Shown piece by piece: positions 39,541-48,306 of a stretch of DNA of 64,000 nucleotides (position 1 is the first letter of the stretch; every line of letters begins with the position of its first letter). The stretch is from a virus, in IMG/VR virus record IMGVR_UViG_3300048091_000425, one strand, 5' to 3'. Made by a program: the position numbers and the translations under genes. A model generated the notes under the pieces. It was not told the origin of the DNA and did not search any database. It saw only the letters and a list, made by a program, of their open reading frames with translations.

Positions 39541-40137
39541 TTATTTCAGAACAATGCGGCCCTGGTGGTCGACGGTGCCGATCACTTCATCGATGATGAT
39601 GAAATAGGCCGGGTCATCCTTATCAGCCTCGTCTGGGTCATAGTCCAGATCAGGAAACTGGCTTGCGAAAAACAACCGTTGGGCCTCACCACTATCAGCG
39701 GCAATCACAACTTCGGCGGCATCATCGTCATCGCCATGCTCGCGACCAGAGATCAGGAACGCAGTCAGGCCCGCATCAGGATGCACTACGGACGGTGTCG
39801 ACAAGTTCAGCGTGCGGTACAGCGCTTTCATCTGGTCTGCACCGGCCACCTCGCATTCAGCAGCAAGATCCACTACCGGGGCCACCTGTTCAACGAAGTG
39901 CAGGAGGGCCTGATAGCGCTCGGCCAAAGATGGATCGACGGCTACAGGCTTCAGCTGATCCTTGAGCGCAGCCAGCACAGCCTGGGGCTCAAAACCTCGT
40001 TTGACTTCCAGCTCAGTGACCATGGCGTCAATCAACCAATAGGCAGAATTCGCGGTTGCCTTAACGTTGACGGCTAACAGCGGGCTTTGGCCCAGGTCAC
40101 CGAGGTTGCTAATCACGTCTTTGATTTTCATGTCCAC
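39541..40137 (-). CDS. hypothetical protein
   Basis: 198 aa, acidic C-terminal domain; just downstream of the palindrome promoter at 40176. Confidence 0.75.
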   Translation of the reverse strand: MDMKIKDVISNLGDLGQSPLLAVNVKATANSAYWLIDAMVTELEVKRGFEPQAVLAALKDQLKPVAVDPSLAERYQALLHFVEQVAPVVDLAAECEVAGADQMKALYRTLNLSTPSVVHPDAGLTAFLISGREHGDDDDAAEVVIAADSGEAQRLFFASQFPDLDYDPDEADKDDPAYFIIIDEVIGTVDHQGRIVLK

Positions 40138-40175
40138 ATCCGCGTTGGGTTGTATGACCGGGTGAGCCCCAGTTC

Positions 40176-40199
40176 GTGTTTAGAGTATAGTATCAATAA
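40176..40199 (-). promoter_or_regulatory. 24-bp palindromic operator over -10 (copy 1)
   Basis: GTGTT-TA-GAGTATAGTA-TC-AATAA; minus-strand promoter TTGTCA-17-TATACT. Confidence 0.7.
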
Positions 40200-40287
40200 G
40201 CCATAATGACAATATATGTAATACGTTAAATTACCGATAAGTCTGAAATTCCCGAAGAAAAGGGCCTATCACGGCCCTTCTCTTCAC

Positions 40288-40563
40288 TCAGGCAGCCTGA
40301 TCCAGGCCGTACAACTGAGCATGGGCGGTATGCCAGTCAGGCGGGAGGTTGGCCACTTCGCCCTGGGCCCACTCCATCACGGCCTGCTCAGCGCCCAGCG
40401 CGTACATCGGCACCACATGGTCATAGCGGGCTGCAGCCACTTTTAGGATGCCGTCGGCGTACAGGCAACTGATGACCAGCTCAATGTCCTCAGGCCTGCC
40501 GTAGGTGACCACAGCGCTCCAGGCACTGGCGTCAGGCTGGGTAGTGATGGATTTGATCCGCAT
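40288..40563 (-). CDS. small hypothetical protein
   Basis: AGGAG RBS; 91 aa. Confidence 0.7.
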   Translation of the reverse strand: MRIKSITTQPDASAWSAVVTYGRPEDIELVISCLYADGILKVAAARYDHVVPMYALGAEQAVMEWAQGEVANLPPDWHTAHAQLYGLDQAA

Positions 40564-40577
40564 AGCGATGGCTCCTG

Positions 40578-41498
40578 TCAGACCTGCTCGTCCGGGACAC
40601 CCAGCGTCGAAGCCCGTGCGACTTCGAGCAATGCCAAGGCCCGTTCTTTTGCTGCCAAAAAATGCTCCGATTCGCAGCCATCAATGTCAAAGATGCTAAG
40701 GGCTTGAAGTTCAGCCAAGACCGAGAAGGCAGCGTCTCGGCTGGCGAGCAGTTCAAGCACGTCGGGTTCGCTGTAAACGCGTTCCTGCCGATCCTGGGGG
40801 CCTGAACTCCAGTGGGTTGCGTAATCCCAAAAGCCACGACCGTCCTTCCAACGCCAAGCAGCGACGCGCATTCCGCGCAGCATTTCACCTGACCACGGAG
40901 CCTGAACACGAACAAGACCGGCTGGAGATCCGGCTGGCGCTGGGGCCAAGGTCAAACTCTCGACTGGCAGGTCAATCAGAACAGGATTGCTGATCGCTTC
41001 CTGCGTGGCCTTGGCTGCACCAAACCAGCCACCGCCACGCCATGCGTTATCGCACATCTCGTACTTTTCCACGGTCACAGAGTCGTCGATATTCACTTTC
41101 GCCCAAAAGACCTTGCCATCAATCAGTACGGCAGCCTCAGCGCCGACGCTTGCGTCGTAAATGCGCAATGCCTTGCCTGGGTTCCGCTCAAGAATCCGGC
41201 GATAGCTGCTAATCGCGGTTTGGTGGGTCAGTGGCAGGTCAATCAGGATCGGGGTTTCGATAGCTTTCTTGGTCGCCTCATGCTCACCGAACCAGCCGCA
41301 GCCGATCCAGCCATGACCGTCCATTTCTGGCATATCGGCCAGTTCAATGGAGCCAAGTTCGCTTTCCTGACCCCAGCGCAACGTGTCACCGTCCAGAACG
41401 ACTATCACCTTACTGGCATCATACAGGCGCAAAGCCTTGCCTGGGTTTTGTGACAGGATTTGGCGATAGGTTTCTTTGACCGACTGGTAGGTGAGCAT
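40578..41498 (-). CDS. hypothetical protein with two tandem about-90-aa repeats
   Basis: Y R.IL..NPGKALR.YDAS...GW.G.GWFG...AT..AI..P.LIDLP occurs twice; GGAG RBS. Confidence 0.8.
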   Translation of the reverse strand: MLTYQSVKETYRQILSQNPGKALRLYDASKVIVVLDGDTLRWGQESELGSIELADMPEMDGHGWIGCGWFGEHEATKKAIETPILIDLPLTHQTAISSYRRILERNPGKALRIYDASVGAEAAVLIDGKVFWAKVNIDDSVTVEKYEMCDNAWRGGGWFGAAKATQEAISNPVLIDLPVESLTLAPAPAGSPAGLVRVQAPWSGEMLRGMRVAAWRWKDGRGFWDYATHWSSGPQDRQERVYSEPDVLELLASRDAAFSVLAELQALSIFDIDGCESEHFLAAKERALALLEVARASTLGVPDEQV

Positions 41499-41558
41499 GG
41501 CGTTCTCCGGTGTGCGCGATGACTGAGGCAGTCCCAACGAATGTGGTAAATTGCCTTC

Positions 41559-41582
41559 GTGTTACGACTATAGTGCAAACAC
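41559..41582 (-). promoter_or_regulatory. 24-bp palindromic operator over -10 (copy 2)
   Basis: GTGTT-AC-GACTATAGTG-CA-AACAC. Confidence 0.75.
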
Positions 41583-41655
41583 ACATGCAGCGCTAGACGC
41601 TGGGCGAAATAAATTTATCCCTAGCGTCATACTCATATTGATGCGTCAGGTCGAG

Positions 41656-42423
41656 TTAAGCGACCAGCTCCACCAGGGGGATGCGGCTCATGTGCATCGT
41701 GTAGCCGGTGAGCTTTTCCAACGCAACGTACTTATCAAACAGCTCCGGTCGCAGCTTACGGCCATTCTTCAGGTCGCGCTTGTTGGCCATGATGCAGAAC
41801 ACGCAGCTCAGGCGGTCATTGCCTTCTGCATAGGCGTAGTGCGGTTTCTGCCCTGCCTGCTCGATGATGCCAAAGACCTCAGGGGACGACAGGTCGTGAA
41901 TCGGCAGCCACTCATACCATGTGTTGACGCTGTTGGAGTCGCGCTCATTGAGTCGAAACGGGGCACGTTTAGCCCGGCCTGGGGATTCCTGGGCACGCAG
42001 GCCGAGGCAGTTTACGATCACCTTGTAACCGTTGGCCTTTGCATACCGGCGCACCTCACGCTGGATCGGCCCGCGCTTGAGGTCACTGGTGCATTGACGG
42101 GTGGAGGCCGACGGCCAGCTTGGCACTTCCGGGCGACTCTCGAACCGGCGTTCAACCATTTCCAGCAAGGTTTTGGTTGCGTGGGCCACGATGAACGGCA
42201 AGCCGGCTGCTGCTGCCTGGTCGCGAGCCAGCTCCATGGCGCCTGGCCATTCCATTTCACCCAGGGACGCATGGACGACGATCATCTGCGCCGCTGGAAC
42301 GCGCTCCAGCAGCCGAACCAGCATGGCCTGGGAGTCCTTGCCCCCTGAGTGGTTGCCCACAAAAAGAGCCCCTGCTGCTATCAGGCTATCGATCTGGTCT
42401 TCAAGGGTAGGCATGGTATTCAT
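41656..42423 (-). CDS. PAPS-reductase-family (PP-loop) protein
   Basis: NHSGGKDSQAM PP-loop, CTSDLKRGPI, GLRAQESP.RA, RLSCVFCI. Confidence 0.85.
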   Translation of the reverse strand: MNTMPTLEDQIDSLIAAGALFVGNHSGGKDSQAMLVRLLERVPAAQMIVVHASLGEMEWPGAMELARDQAAAAGLPFIVAHATKTLLEMVERRFESRPEVPSWPSASTRQCTSDLKRGPIQREVRRYAKANGYKVIVNCLGLRAQESPGRAKRAPFRLNERDSNSVNTWYEWLPIHDLSSPEVFGIIEQAGQKPHYAYAEGNDRLSCVFCIMANKRDLKNGRKLRPELFDKYVALEKLTGYTMHMSRIPLVELVA

Positions 42424-42457
42424 GAATTATGATCCTGGCGATGTTCAGTACCGGCTC

Positions 42458-42475
42458 AGCCCCAATTAAGGGGCT
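42458..42475 (-). repeat. intergenic GCCCC-N6-GGGGC hairpin
   Basis: AGCCCCAATTAAGGGGCT. Confidence 0.65.
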
Positions 42476-42487
42476 TGTGGCTGGCGC

Positions 42488-42748
42488 TTAAAGGTGGGGG
42501 ACGTCGTCAGGAACGTTGGAGTCGCGGAATCGGCATTTCTCACCGGTGTCCGTCACACCGAGAATCAAACCGGCCTCCTCCCCAACTTCGTCATGGTGTC
42601 CGGTGACCTTGACCCAGTCCAATGAATGCCCGCGCTGCACAAACACTTGGGTGCCCACCGGGTACATCTTGCGCACTGCAGCGATCAGGGCTTTCTGAGC
42701 TTCCTTGACATTTTCCGTGGCTTTTTCAACGCTGCTTTTCATCTTCAT
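42488..42748 (-). CDS. small hypothetical protein
   Basis: MKMKSSVEK...YPVGTQV.V; 86 aa. Confidence 0.65.
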   Translation of the reverse strand: MKMKSSVEKATENVKEAQKALIAAVRKMYPVGTQVFVQRGHSLDWVKVTGHHDEVGEEAGLILGVTDTGEKCRFRDSNVPDDVPHL

Positions 42749-42771
42749 GTCCCGTGATTTGCTTGGTCTAC

Positions 42772-42800
42772 TACTGACAATGCCCCAGTAAAGGGGCTTG
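42772..42800 (-). repeat. intergenic GCCCC-N6-GGGGC hairpin with TACTGACAA flank
   Basis: TACTGACAATGCCCCAGTAAAGGGGCTTG. Confidence 0.7.
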
Positions 42801-42816
42801 AGCTGGGCGGGGTTGG

Positions 42817-42972
42817 TTAGCGGCTCAGTTCGCCGCGAATCGCCCACCAGCCTGAATCTGTGTGTTCGACTTGTGCGTCGGCGTAACCAAGCATATTGAG
42901 AGCTTTCACATAAGCATCTGCATCAGACTTCAGCGGGAACCATTCGCGAGGTTTCTTTCCAATAGTTTTCAT
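42817..42972 (-). CDS. 51-aa hypothetical protein
   Basis: GGAG RBS; MKTIGKKPREWF... Confidence 0.55.
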   Translation of the reverse strand: MKTIGKKPREWFPLKSDADAYVKALNMLGYADAQVEHTDSGWWAIRGELSR

Positions 42973-42994
42973 ATCGTCTTGCTCCGATGTGGGC

Positions 42995-43039
42995 GTGCCT
43001 TTACTGACAAAGCCCCAATGAAGGGGCTTGTGGCTGGCG
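42995..43039 (-). repeat. intergenic hairpin repeat (longest copy)
   Basis: GTGCCTTTACTGACAAAGCCCCAATGAAGGGGCTTGTGGCTGGCG. Confidence 0.7.
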
Positions 43040-43045
43040 TGGCGC

Positions 43046-43192
43046 TTACCCGCGATTGACGTTGGCCCACTTCCAGCCGCGTTGCCATTCTGTATTTTTT
43101 CGGCTATCGAAGTGTTCACCACCCCGGCAGTCCTGAAAACCTGCCTGGAACGAGTAGCACTGCTCAATAAGGTAGATTTGACGTTCGCACAT
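43046..43192 (-). CDS. 48-aa protein, weak Rmf-like pattern
   Basis: GAGGAG RBS; manual translation MCERQIYLIEQCYSFQAGFQDCRGGEHFDSRKNTEWQRGWKWANVNRG*. Confidence 0.55.
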   Translation of the reverse strand: MCERQIYLIEQCYSFQAGFQDCRGGEHFDSRKNTEWQRGWKWANVNRG

Positions 43193-43226
43193 GGTGAGGC
43201 TCCTCGTTGATGGTCTGCCGATCCCG

Positions 43227-43628
43227 TCAGTAGTTGTAGGACAGTCTCACGATTACAGAGAACTCCCGAGGTTTAGTTCGGTGAGCGTCGGCGTAGTAGC
43301 TTGCACAGCCACAGCAGTCGTATTCATGACCACAGCCACCACCGGACAGCGACTCCTCAATGGCCCGATTCATCCACTTGGTGAAGCTCGGTCGGCCATT
43401 ACTGACTACACGACGGTAGGTGGCTTTGGCGGCTTCCAGCTCAGCAGGAGTCAGCACGACCAGCCGTGCGGTTGAGCCGCCATCCGACGCTTCTTCGTCA
43501 CTCGGCGCAGCCACCACGTAGGACTTGGAAGTACGGGCGTTGCACACCTGCTCCCAATTGTCCAAATGGGCATAGCCTTGGACGTAGCGAGAGGTCAGTC
43601 GGCTTTCGATGCTGATGGCTGTTTTCAT
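43227..43628 (-). CDS. phage-like hypothetical protein with Cys cluster
   Basis: GCGHEYDCCGC motif; 133 aa. Confidence 0.75.
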   Translation of the reverse strand: MKTAISIESRLTSRYVQGYAHLDNWEQVCNARTSKSYVVAAPSDEEASDGGSTARLVVLTPAELEAAKATYRRVVSNGRPSFTKWMNRAIEESLSGGGCGHEYDCCGCASYYADAHRTKPREFSVIVRLSYNY

Positions 43629-43722
43629 GCTTATGCACTCTTTTAGTCTGATCTGGTACTGGCAAGGCCTTTGCGGCTTGCTCAGTTGGCAACCCCGAAA
43701 ACGAATGGGGTAAATTGCCGCC

Positions 43723-43746
43723 GTGTTATGACTATAGTCAAAACAA
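43723..43746 (-). promoter_or_regulatory. 24-bp palindromic operator over -10 (copy 3)
   Basis: GTGTT-AT-GACTATAGTC-AA-AACAA. Confidence 0.75.
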
Positions 43747-43829
43747 ACGCCCAGCGCTAGTGGCCAGGCGAAATAAATTAACCTTTAGAGTTATACGCCG
43801 ACCAGCGAAAGACCTCAGAAATAGGGCAA

Positions 43830-44087
43830 TCAACCTTCAGCGCTATTGTTCACCTGGCGCAGCATTGCGACACCCCAGGAGAAACCGTGCTCATGGGCTG
43901 TCACTACCGCGTCCCGAAGCTCCTGACCGGTAGAAATCCTGCAGAAGCTGACACGCACAATTTTTACATCGTTACGCATGAGTGCTAGACATGCCCGTAG
44001 ATCGATCCTATCAATCGTGTAGCCCAGCGCCCTGGCTTGCTCGGTGACGACTTCGCGCTTCTGCTTGGCTGTTAGATCAGTGAGCAT
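43830..44087 (-). CDS. small hypothetical protein
   Basis: GGAG RBS; 85 aa. Confidence 0.6.
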   Translation of the reverse strand: MLTDLTAKQKREVVTEQARALGYTIDRIDLRACLALMRNDVKIVRVSFCRISTGQELRDAVVTAHEHGFSWGVAMLRQVNNSAEG

Positions 44088-44108
44088 GCTGTTCTCCACC
44101 GAGTTGGG

Positions 44109-44309
44109 TTAGAAAGTACGGTTGACCAGCTCGCCAGTCGCCTGGTTACGAAACGAAATGTCGGAGCGCAGAGGTTCAGTGGTCTGATGCTCGGAAACAA
44201 CCGCGACGACGCCAGATTCGGTAAACATCACCGCGTAATGCGCAACATGGCTCGGCAGGTTTGCGCGAGTATTGCCGGCCATGTCGATGTAAACGTCAAA
44301 ATTGAACAT
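44109..44309 (-). CDS. small hypothetical protein
   Basis: AGGAG RBS; 66 aa. Confidence 0.6.
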   Translation of the reverse strand: MFNFDVYIDMAGNTRANLPSHVAHYAVMFTESGVVAVVSEHQTTEPLRSDISFRNQATGELVNRTF

Positions 44310-44331
44310 TTGCCCTACTCCTGCCGTTGGT

Positions 44332-44366
44332 GTGCCTTTACTGAAAATGCCCCAGTGAAGGGGCTT
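44332..44366 (-). repeat. intergenic hairpin repeat
   Basis: GTGCCTTTACTGAAAATGCCCCAGTGAAGGGGCTT. Confidence 0.7.
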
Positions 44367-44393
44367 AGTCGGCGGGTATGAGCCAATCAGGGC

Positions 44394-44660
44394 TTATTCT
44401 TCGTCCAACCACTCCTCTTCCCCGACCTCATAGCCAAGGATTTCATTGGCGTGGTCGCGATCCAGGGAAAAGAACACATCGAGCATGCCGGTCACGTCGG
44501 GCTCGCTCAGCCTGACCTCAATCACGCCTTTTGCCAGCAAATCTGCCTGCATGGTCTCGGCCTCAGCTTGGTCTTGGGCTCGCCACCAAATATGACCAAC
44601 GTTGATCGGTGCTTGGCCGGCTTGGGAAGTGGTGGTGGCTGCTTTGGATTCTTGGCTCAT
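44394..44660 (-). CDS. small acidic hypothetical protein
   Basis: AGGA RBS; MSQESK...EEEWLDEE. Confidence 0.65.
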   Translation of the reverse strand: MSQESKAATTTSQAGQAPINVGHIWWRAQDQAEAETMQADLLAKGVIEVRLSEPDVTGMLDVFFSLDRDHANEILGYEVGEEEWLDEE

Positions 44661-44737
44661 GAGGCGTTCCTTCCTGTAATCGATGAGAGGTTCGAAGGTG
44701 ATGACGCTGGTGGTCATCACCCGTTGCTGAATCAGCC

Positions 44738-45178
44738 TTACCAGCCGCGCAGGCCGTGGCTGCGCATCAGAACCGACGTGGAGGTGCGCAGCGGCTCGCG
44801 CATGTAGTCCAGCAGGCTTTCAGCGTCTGCATCAATGACCTCGTCCAACATTTCCTCAGAAGTTTTGCCGTAATGGTCGGCGATGTTCTTGAGTATCGCC
44901 GCCCTGGTTTCATCGTCGACGGCGGTCAGAAACTCTTTGTTGCGCAGGGCATTGGCCGGAACGGCAGTGAACGTGAAACCTTCAGCAGGACGGCCATCAG
45001 CACCTTTGCACTCACGTTGCGCTTTGACGGCAGCGTCGTCAGCTTCTTCTTTGGACGCAAACACCATGGCCATCTTGACCGAACCCATGCAGGCGGTGCC
45101 CCACTGGTCGCACCAGGCGTGGAGGTAATCTTGATTCTGGCCTTTCGAGCCGTAGGTGCGTTTGATTACGTAAGCCAT
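44738..45178 (-). CDS. hypothetical protein
   Basis: GGAG RBS; 146 aa. Confidence 0.7.
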   Translation of the reverse strand: MAYVIKRTYGSKGQNQDYLHAWCDQWGTACMGSVKMAMVFASKEEADDAAVKAQRECKGADGRPAEGFTFTAVPANALRNKEFLTAVDDETRAAILKNIADHYGKTSEEMLDEVIDADAESLLDYMREPLRTSTSVLMRSHGLRGW

Positions 45179-45199
45179 GTGTCCGTCTCCACTCATTTT

Positions 45200-45223
45200 G
45201 TGTTTAGAGTATAGTGGCAATAC
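45200..45223 (-). promoter_or_regulatory. 24-bp palindromic operator over -10 (copy 4)
   Basis: GTGTT-TA-GAGTATAGTG-GC-AATAC. Confidence 0.7.
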
Positions 45224-45291
45224 ATGGGTAATACCAGCGCCCCAGAGAAATAAATTAATCTCTAGGGTGATACTGGAATTTGGGCTACTTT

Positions 45292-45311
45292 AGCCCCAGT
45301 TGAGGGGCTTG
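45292..45311 (-). repeat. intergenic hairpin repeat
   Basis: AGCCCCAGTTGAGGGGCTTG. Confidence 0.65.
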
Positions 45312-45327
45312 CATGAGTCTTGCTCGC

Positions 45328-45567
45328 TCACGCGTCCCTTTCGGCTTCCTTGGCCAATTCTTCGGCCTCCCCTTTCGCCATGTCCACCATCAACTTCTTG
45401 ATGAAGCCTTTGACCTCAACCAGGGTGCCGTCAAAGCGGCGATCACCCTCAGGGAACGTGATCAGCCACTCAGTGCCGGTCTGGCGTGTGGCCTCATAGA
45501 TATCGCCTGCGCCGTTTTTCATCTGGAACGTGTCAGCAGGTTTCTTGGCTGTCTTTTTATTTGGCAT
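45328..45567 (-). CDS. small hypothetical protein
   Basis: GGAG RBS; 79 aa. Confidence 0.7.
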   Translation of the reverse strand: MPNKKTAKKPADTFQMKNGAGDIYEATRQTGTEWLITFPEGDRRFDGTLVEVKGFIKKLMVDMAKGEAEELAKEAERDA

Positions 45568-45588
45568 TACGGATGCTCCACGGCGTGA

Positions 45589-46212
45589 TTAAAGCTCAGA
45601 AAACTGGATAGTCTTGAAGGCCTTGAAGTGTGATCTGATCTTTTCCTTGGCCTCCCTGGGGCTAGAAGCTTTGAAAGACCAACCCATGAAGGTGCAGTCG
45701 AAATACGGACGACCCGTCGGGCTATCCTGAACCCATTGACCACTGCCATAGCCATGCATGCCGTTGATGGTAAACGCGAGGCTGTCGTAGGCCGGGCAGT
45801 CGCAGTCATCGTTACTGCAGCGGCATTGGGAAATACCACGCACGGCAATGACGTCCTTGACCTTGCCGGGCTGAGAGACGACAGCTTGATCAGGATCCTC
45901 CACCGCTTCCTTGATTTTCAGATAAATACCATGTGACCCACACGATTTTTTGACCAATTGCTGGTATGGATGGCCCCACTGAAGCGTGATTAGTGCTCTT
46001 TTGTGGCCGTCTTTAACCATGCGCAAAAGGGGCACGGTGCTGTTTTTGAGCTGTTCGATGAATACCTTATAGTTGGTTTCCTCTTCCGAACTAAGCCCAA
46101 ACAACACATCACCAGGAACCCATCCCGACGTCGCCAAACGCTGAAGTAGCAATTCGAGATTTGCGATGTCTTGCCGGGTTGCTGTCGTTGCCGTCGTTTC
46201 TGGAGTGGTCAT
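45589..46212 (-). CDS. hypothetical protein with Cys cluster
   Basis: 207 aa; CRCSNDDCDC. Confidence 0.75.
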   Translation of the reverse strand: MTTPETTATTATRQDIANLELLLQRLATSGWVPGDVLFGLSSEEETNYKVFIEQLKNSTVPLLRMVKDGHKRALITLQWGHPYQQLVKKSCGSHGIYLKIKEAVEDPDQAVVSQPGKVKDVIAVRGISQCRCSNDDCDCPAYDSLAFTINGMHGYGSGQWVQDSPTGRPYFDCTFMGWSFKASSPREAKEKIRSHFKAFKTIQFSEL

Positions 46213-46253
46213 ATCAAGGCTCTACCATTGTGGTTGAATTGCCGCTTCATTTC

Positions 46254-46277
46254 GTGTTTTGACTATAGTCTAAACAT
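46254..46277 (-). promoter_or_regulatory. 24-bp palindromic operator over -10 (copy 5)
   Basis: GTGTT-TT-GACTATAGTC-TA-AACAT. Confidence 0.75.
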
Positions 46278-46329
46278 AAATCGAATGCTATACTCCGCTC
46301 AAATAAATTAATCTCTAGGGTAATACGTA

Positions 46330-47013
46330 ATGACCGAGATCAATTCAGCAGAGAACGACTTCAAGGCCGAGTACGATGCTGCGTGCTCCCCTGCCGATCC
46401 AATGTGCCAGACGCCGACTTTTGAGCAATTCCGCCAGGTCATCAAAGATAAGCTTGAAGAAGAAGGCGAGCATGAAGGCCGTGTACTGCTGCTCGGCTTT
46501 GGCGACTTCGACGAGTTCTTTACCTGGCTTGATACCTTGAACGCCTATGAGGCTCGGGATACGGATGACGTGACCAGCTACCGGGCAGGGCTCGAAGCGA
46601 TTTACAAGTCACTGGTCGCTGAGTACAAGGCCGTGAAGGCCTGCCCATTCTGCGGCGACTGTGACTCGAACCTGTCCAACAACGGCATCGAGAGTAATTT
46701 CGTGGTTTGTGACTGTGGTGCAGAAGGCCCTCCCGGCACCGATGACATTCAAGCAGTCATTGAATGGAACCGACGGGCTCAACTCTCAACAGGTGGGATC
46801 GTCGGCTATCAAGTGCAGACCCCGGCTGGCGATCAGTGGGCAGGTCGACCGGAAAATATCATCCTTAGCCAAGCGACGGCGATCAAGGATCTGCGCACGG
46901 CTCGAAAAGGCCAAGGGAAGTGGCTCATGGTCGCGGTGCTGGAAGGCGACGTCGAAAATCCTTCTTTCGAGGATTGGCCCGAATGGCTCATGGGAACGAG
47001 AAACGAAGGCTGA
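46330..47013 (+). CDS. multidomain protein with internal Lar-like zinc finger
   Basis: VKACPFCG...VVCDCGAEGP...AVIEWNRRA. Confidence 0.7.
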   Translation: MTEINSAENDFKAEYDAACSPADPMCQTPTFEQFRQVIKDKLEEEGEHEGRVLLLGFGDFDEFFTWLDTLNAYEARDTDDVTSYRAGLEAIYKSLVAEYKAVKACPFCGDCDSNLSNNGIESNFVVCDCGAEGPPGTDDIQAVIEWNRRAQLSTGGIVGYQVQTPAGDQWAGRPENIILSQATAIKDLRTARKGQGKWLMVAVLEGDVENPSFEDWPEWLMGTRNEG

Positions 47014-47074
47014 AGGCCGTCAGAAGCCTTGACCCAAACAAAAAACCTCTGACTTAAGCTGGGAGCAAAAAGAC

Positions 47075-47263
47075 ATGAGCGCACTGATCAGCACACAAGG
47101 TGGCCGTTATCTCAAAGCAGAAGCTGAGCGTATGGCCGGCGAACTTCAGATGGGCGACAGCGATTGGACGTACTCCGCTGTTCCCGCGCCTGGAAACTGC
47201 GGCTTGTTCTGCATTGAAGTGCGTGAACGCGATGGTGCATTGGTCGGGCGGTTCGGCCAGTAA
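47075..47263 (+). CDS. small hypothetical protein
   Basis: GGGAG RBS; 62 aa. Confidence 0.6.
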   Translation: MSALISTQGGRYLKAEAERMAGELQMGDSDWTYSAVPAPGNCGLFCIEVRERDGALVGRFGQ

Positions 47264-47415
47264 GAGGTTTCTTCGACGCATAACAGCCCCGGCAACTGCC
47301 GGGGTTTTTCGTTTATGACCACCGGAATGATTATTTGAGGCGCGTCCAAATGAGATGCTTGCGGAGATGGGAATGACTCTCATAAAGTGAGGCCTCACCC
47401 ATTGGAGACACCCAC

Positions 47416-47850
47416 ATGAACGACTGGAAAGCATCACTGCAGGAAGCCCTGGAATCCGCTCATAGCGTTGCATTCACCTTTGCCGCGTCAATGGATGACT
47501 ACAAGCGTTTCGACGGGGCTATCGAGATCTTGGGGGCCCTGATCGAGGGTGACGATGATATTGATGAAGAGGCCCTGCCGTACCTGCGTGTACGCAGCTC
47601 ATCCGGGGAGGTTTTCCTCGCAGAGCCAGATGAACTTCGAAGCAACGACCTGGCGTCCTTGACCCGCTTGATTGAGGCAGTAGCTCGACCCTTCGCTCTC
47701 GCGAGAGAGGTCGGATATGCAAGCCCTGGCGATCTGATGAATTACGGAACCGAACAAGAACGATCAGCCTTACTTTCCGGCATTCAGACCCAGAGAAGAC
47801 CAAGTTTTTGGCCCTCGTCGATCTTAGACCTGGCTAAACGTTGTGTTTGA
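47416..47850 (+). CDS. hypothetical protein, tandem paralog 1
   Basis: MNDWKASL...; clearly similar to the next gene, including upstream ACCATTGGAGAC. Confidence 0.8.
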   Translation: MNDWKASLQEALESAHSVAFTFAASMDDYKRFDGAIEILGALIEGDDDIDEEALPYLRVRSSSGEVFLAEPDELRSNDLASLTRLIEAVARPFALAREVGYASPGDLMNYGTEQERSALLSGIQTQRRPSFWPSSILDLAKRCV

Positions 47851-47881
47851 CCCGTTCAACTCAACCATTGGAGACGCCCTC

Positions 47882-48262
47882 ATGAACGATTGGAAAGCCC
47901 CACTGCTGAACGCCCTTGAAGCCGCTCAGACGCTTGAGATTCGCTTTAACTCAGTCATGGACTGCACCAGGCACTTAAACGGCCCTGTGACGCTGCTGGG
48001 CGCCGTGATCGAGCGCAACGAGGACTATGACGATGAAGCCCTTCCCTATTTCTTCGTCAAGGCTGCTGATGGCGAAGTGTTCCAGGCTGGAGAGGATGAG
48101 CTGCAGGTAATCCATGAGGCTGATCAGCCAACCTTAAACAACCTTATTCAAGTGGTGGCCATGCCGTTTGCGCATGCCCGAGACGCTGGCTGGTTGAGCC
48201 CCGGCCACCTAATGGACGAAGGTTCAGACGAACAAAAGGCCAGTTTCCTGGCCTCTCTTTGA
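47882..48262 (+). CDS. hypothetical protein, tandem paralog 2
   Basis: MNDWKAPL...EALPY..V....GEVF.A..DEL. Confidence 0.8.
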   Translation: MNDWKAPLLNALEAAQTLEIRFNSVMDCTRHLNGPVTLLGAVIERNEDYDDEALPYFFVKAADGEVFQAGEDELQVIHEADQPTLNNLIQVVAMPFAHARDAGWLSPGHLMDEGSDEQKASFLASL

Positions 48263-48306
48263 CGCTTGATCAATGGTTGGAGCTGGCCATGGGGCCGGCC
48301 CCACCG

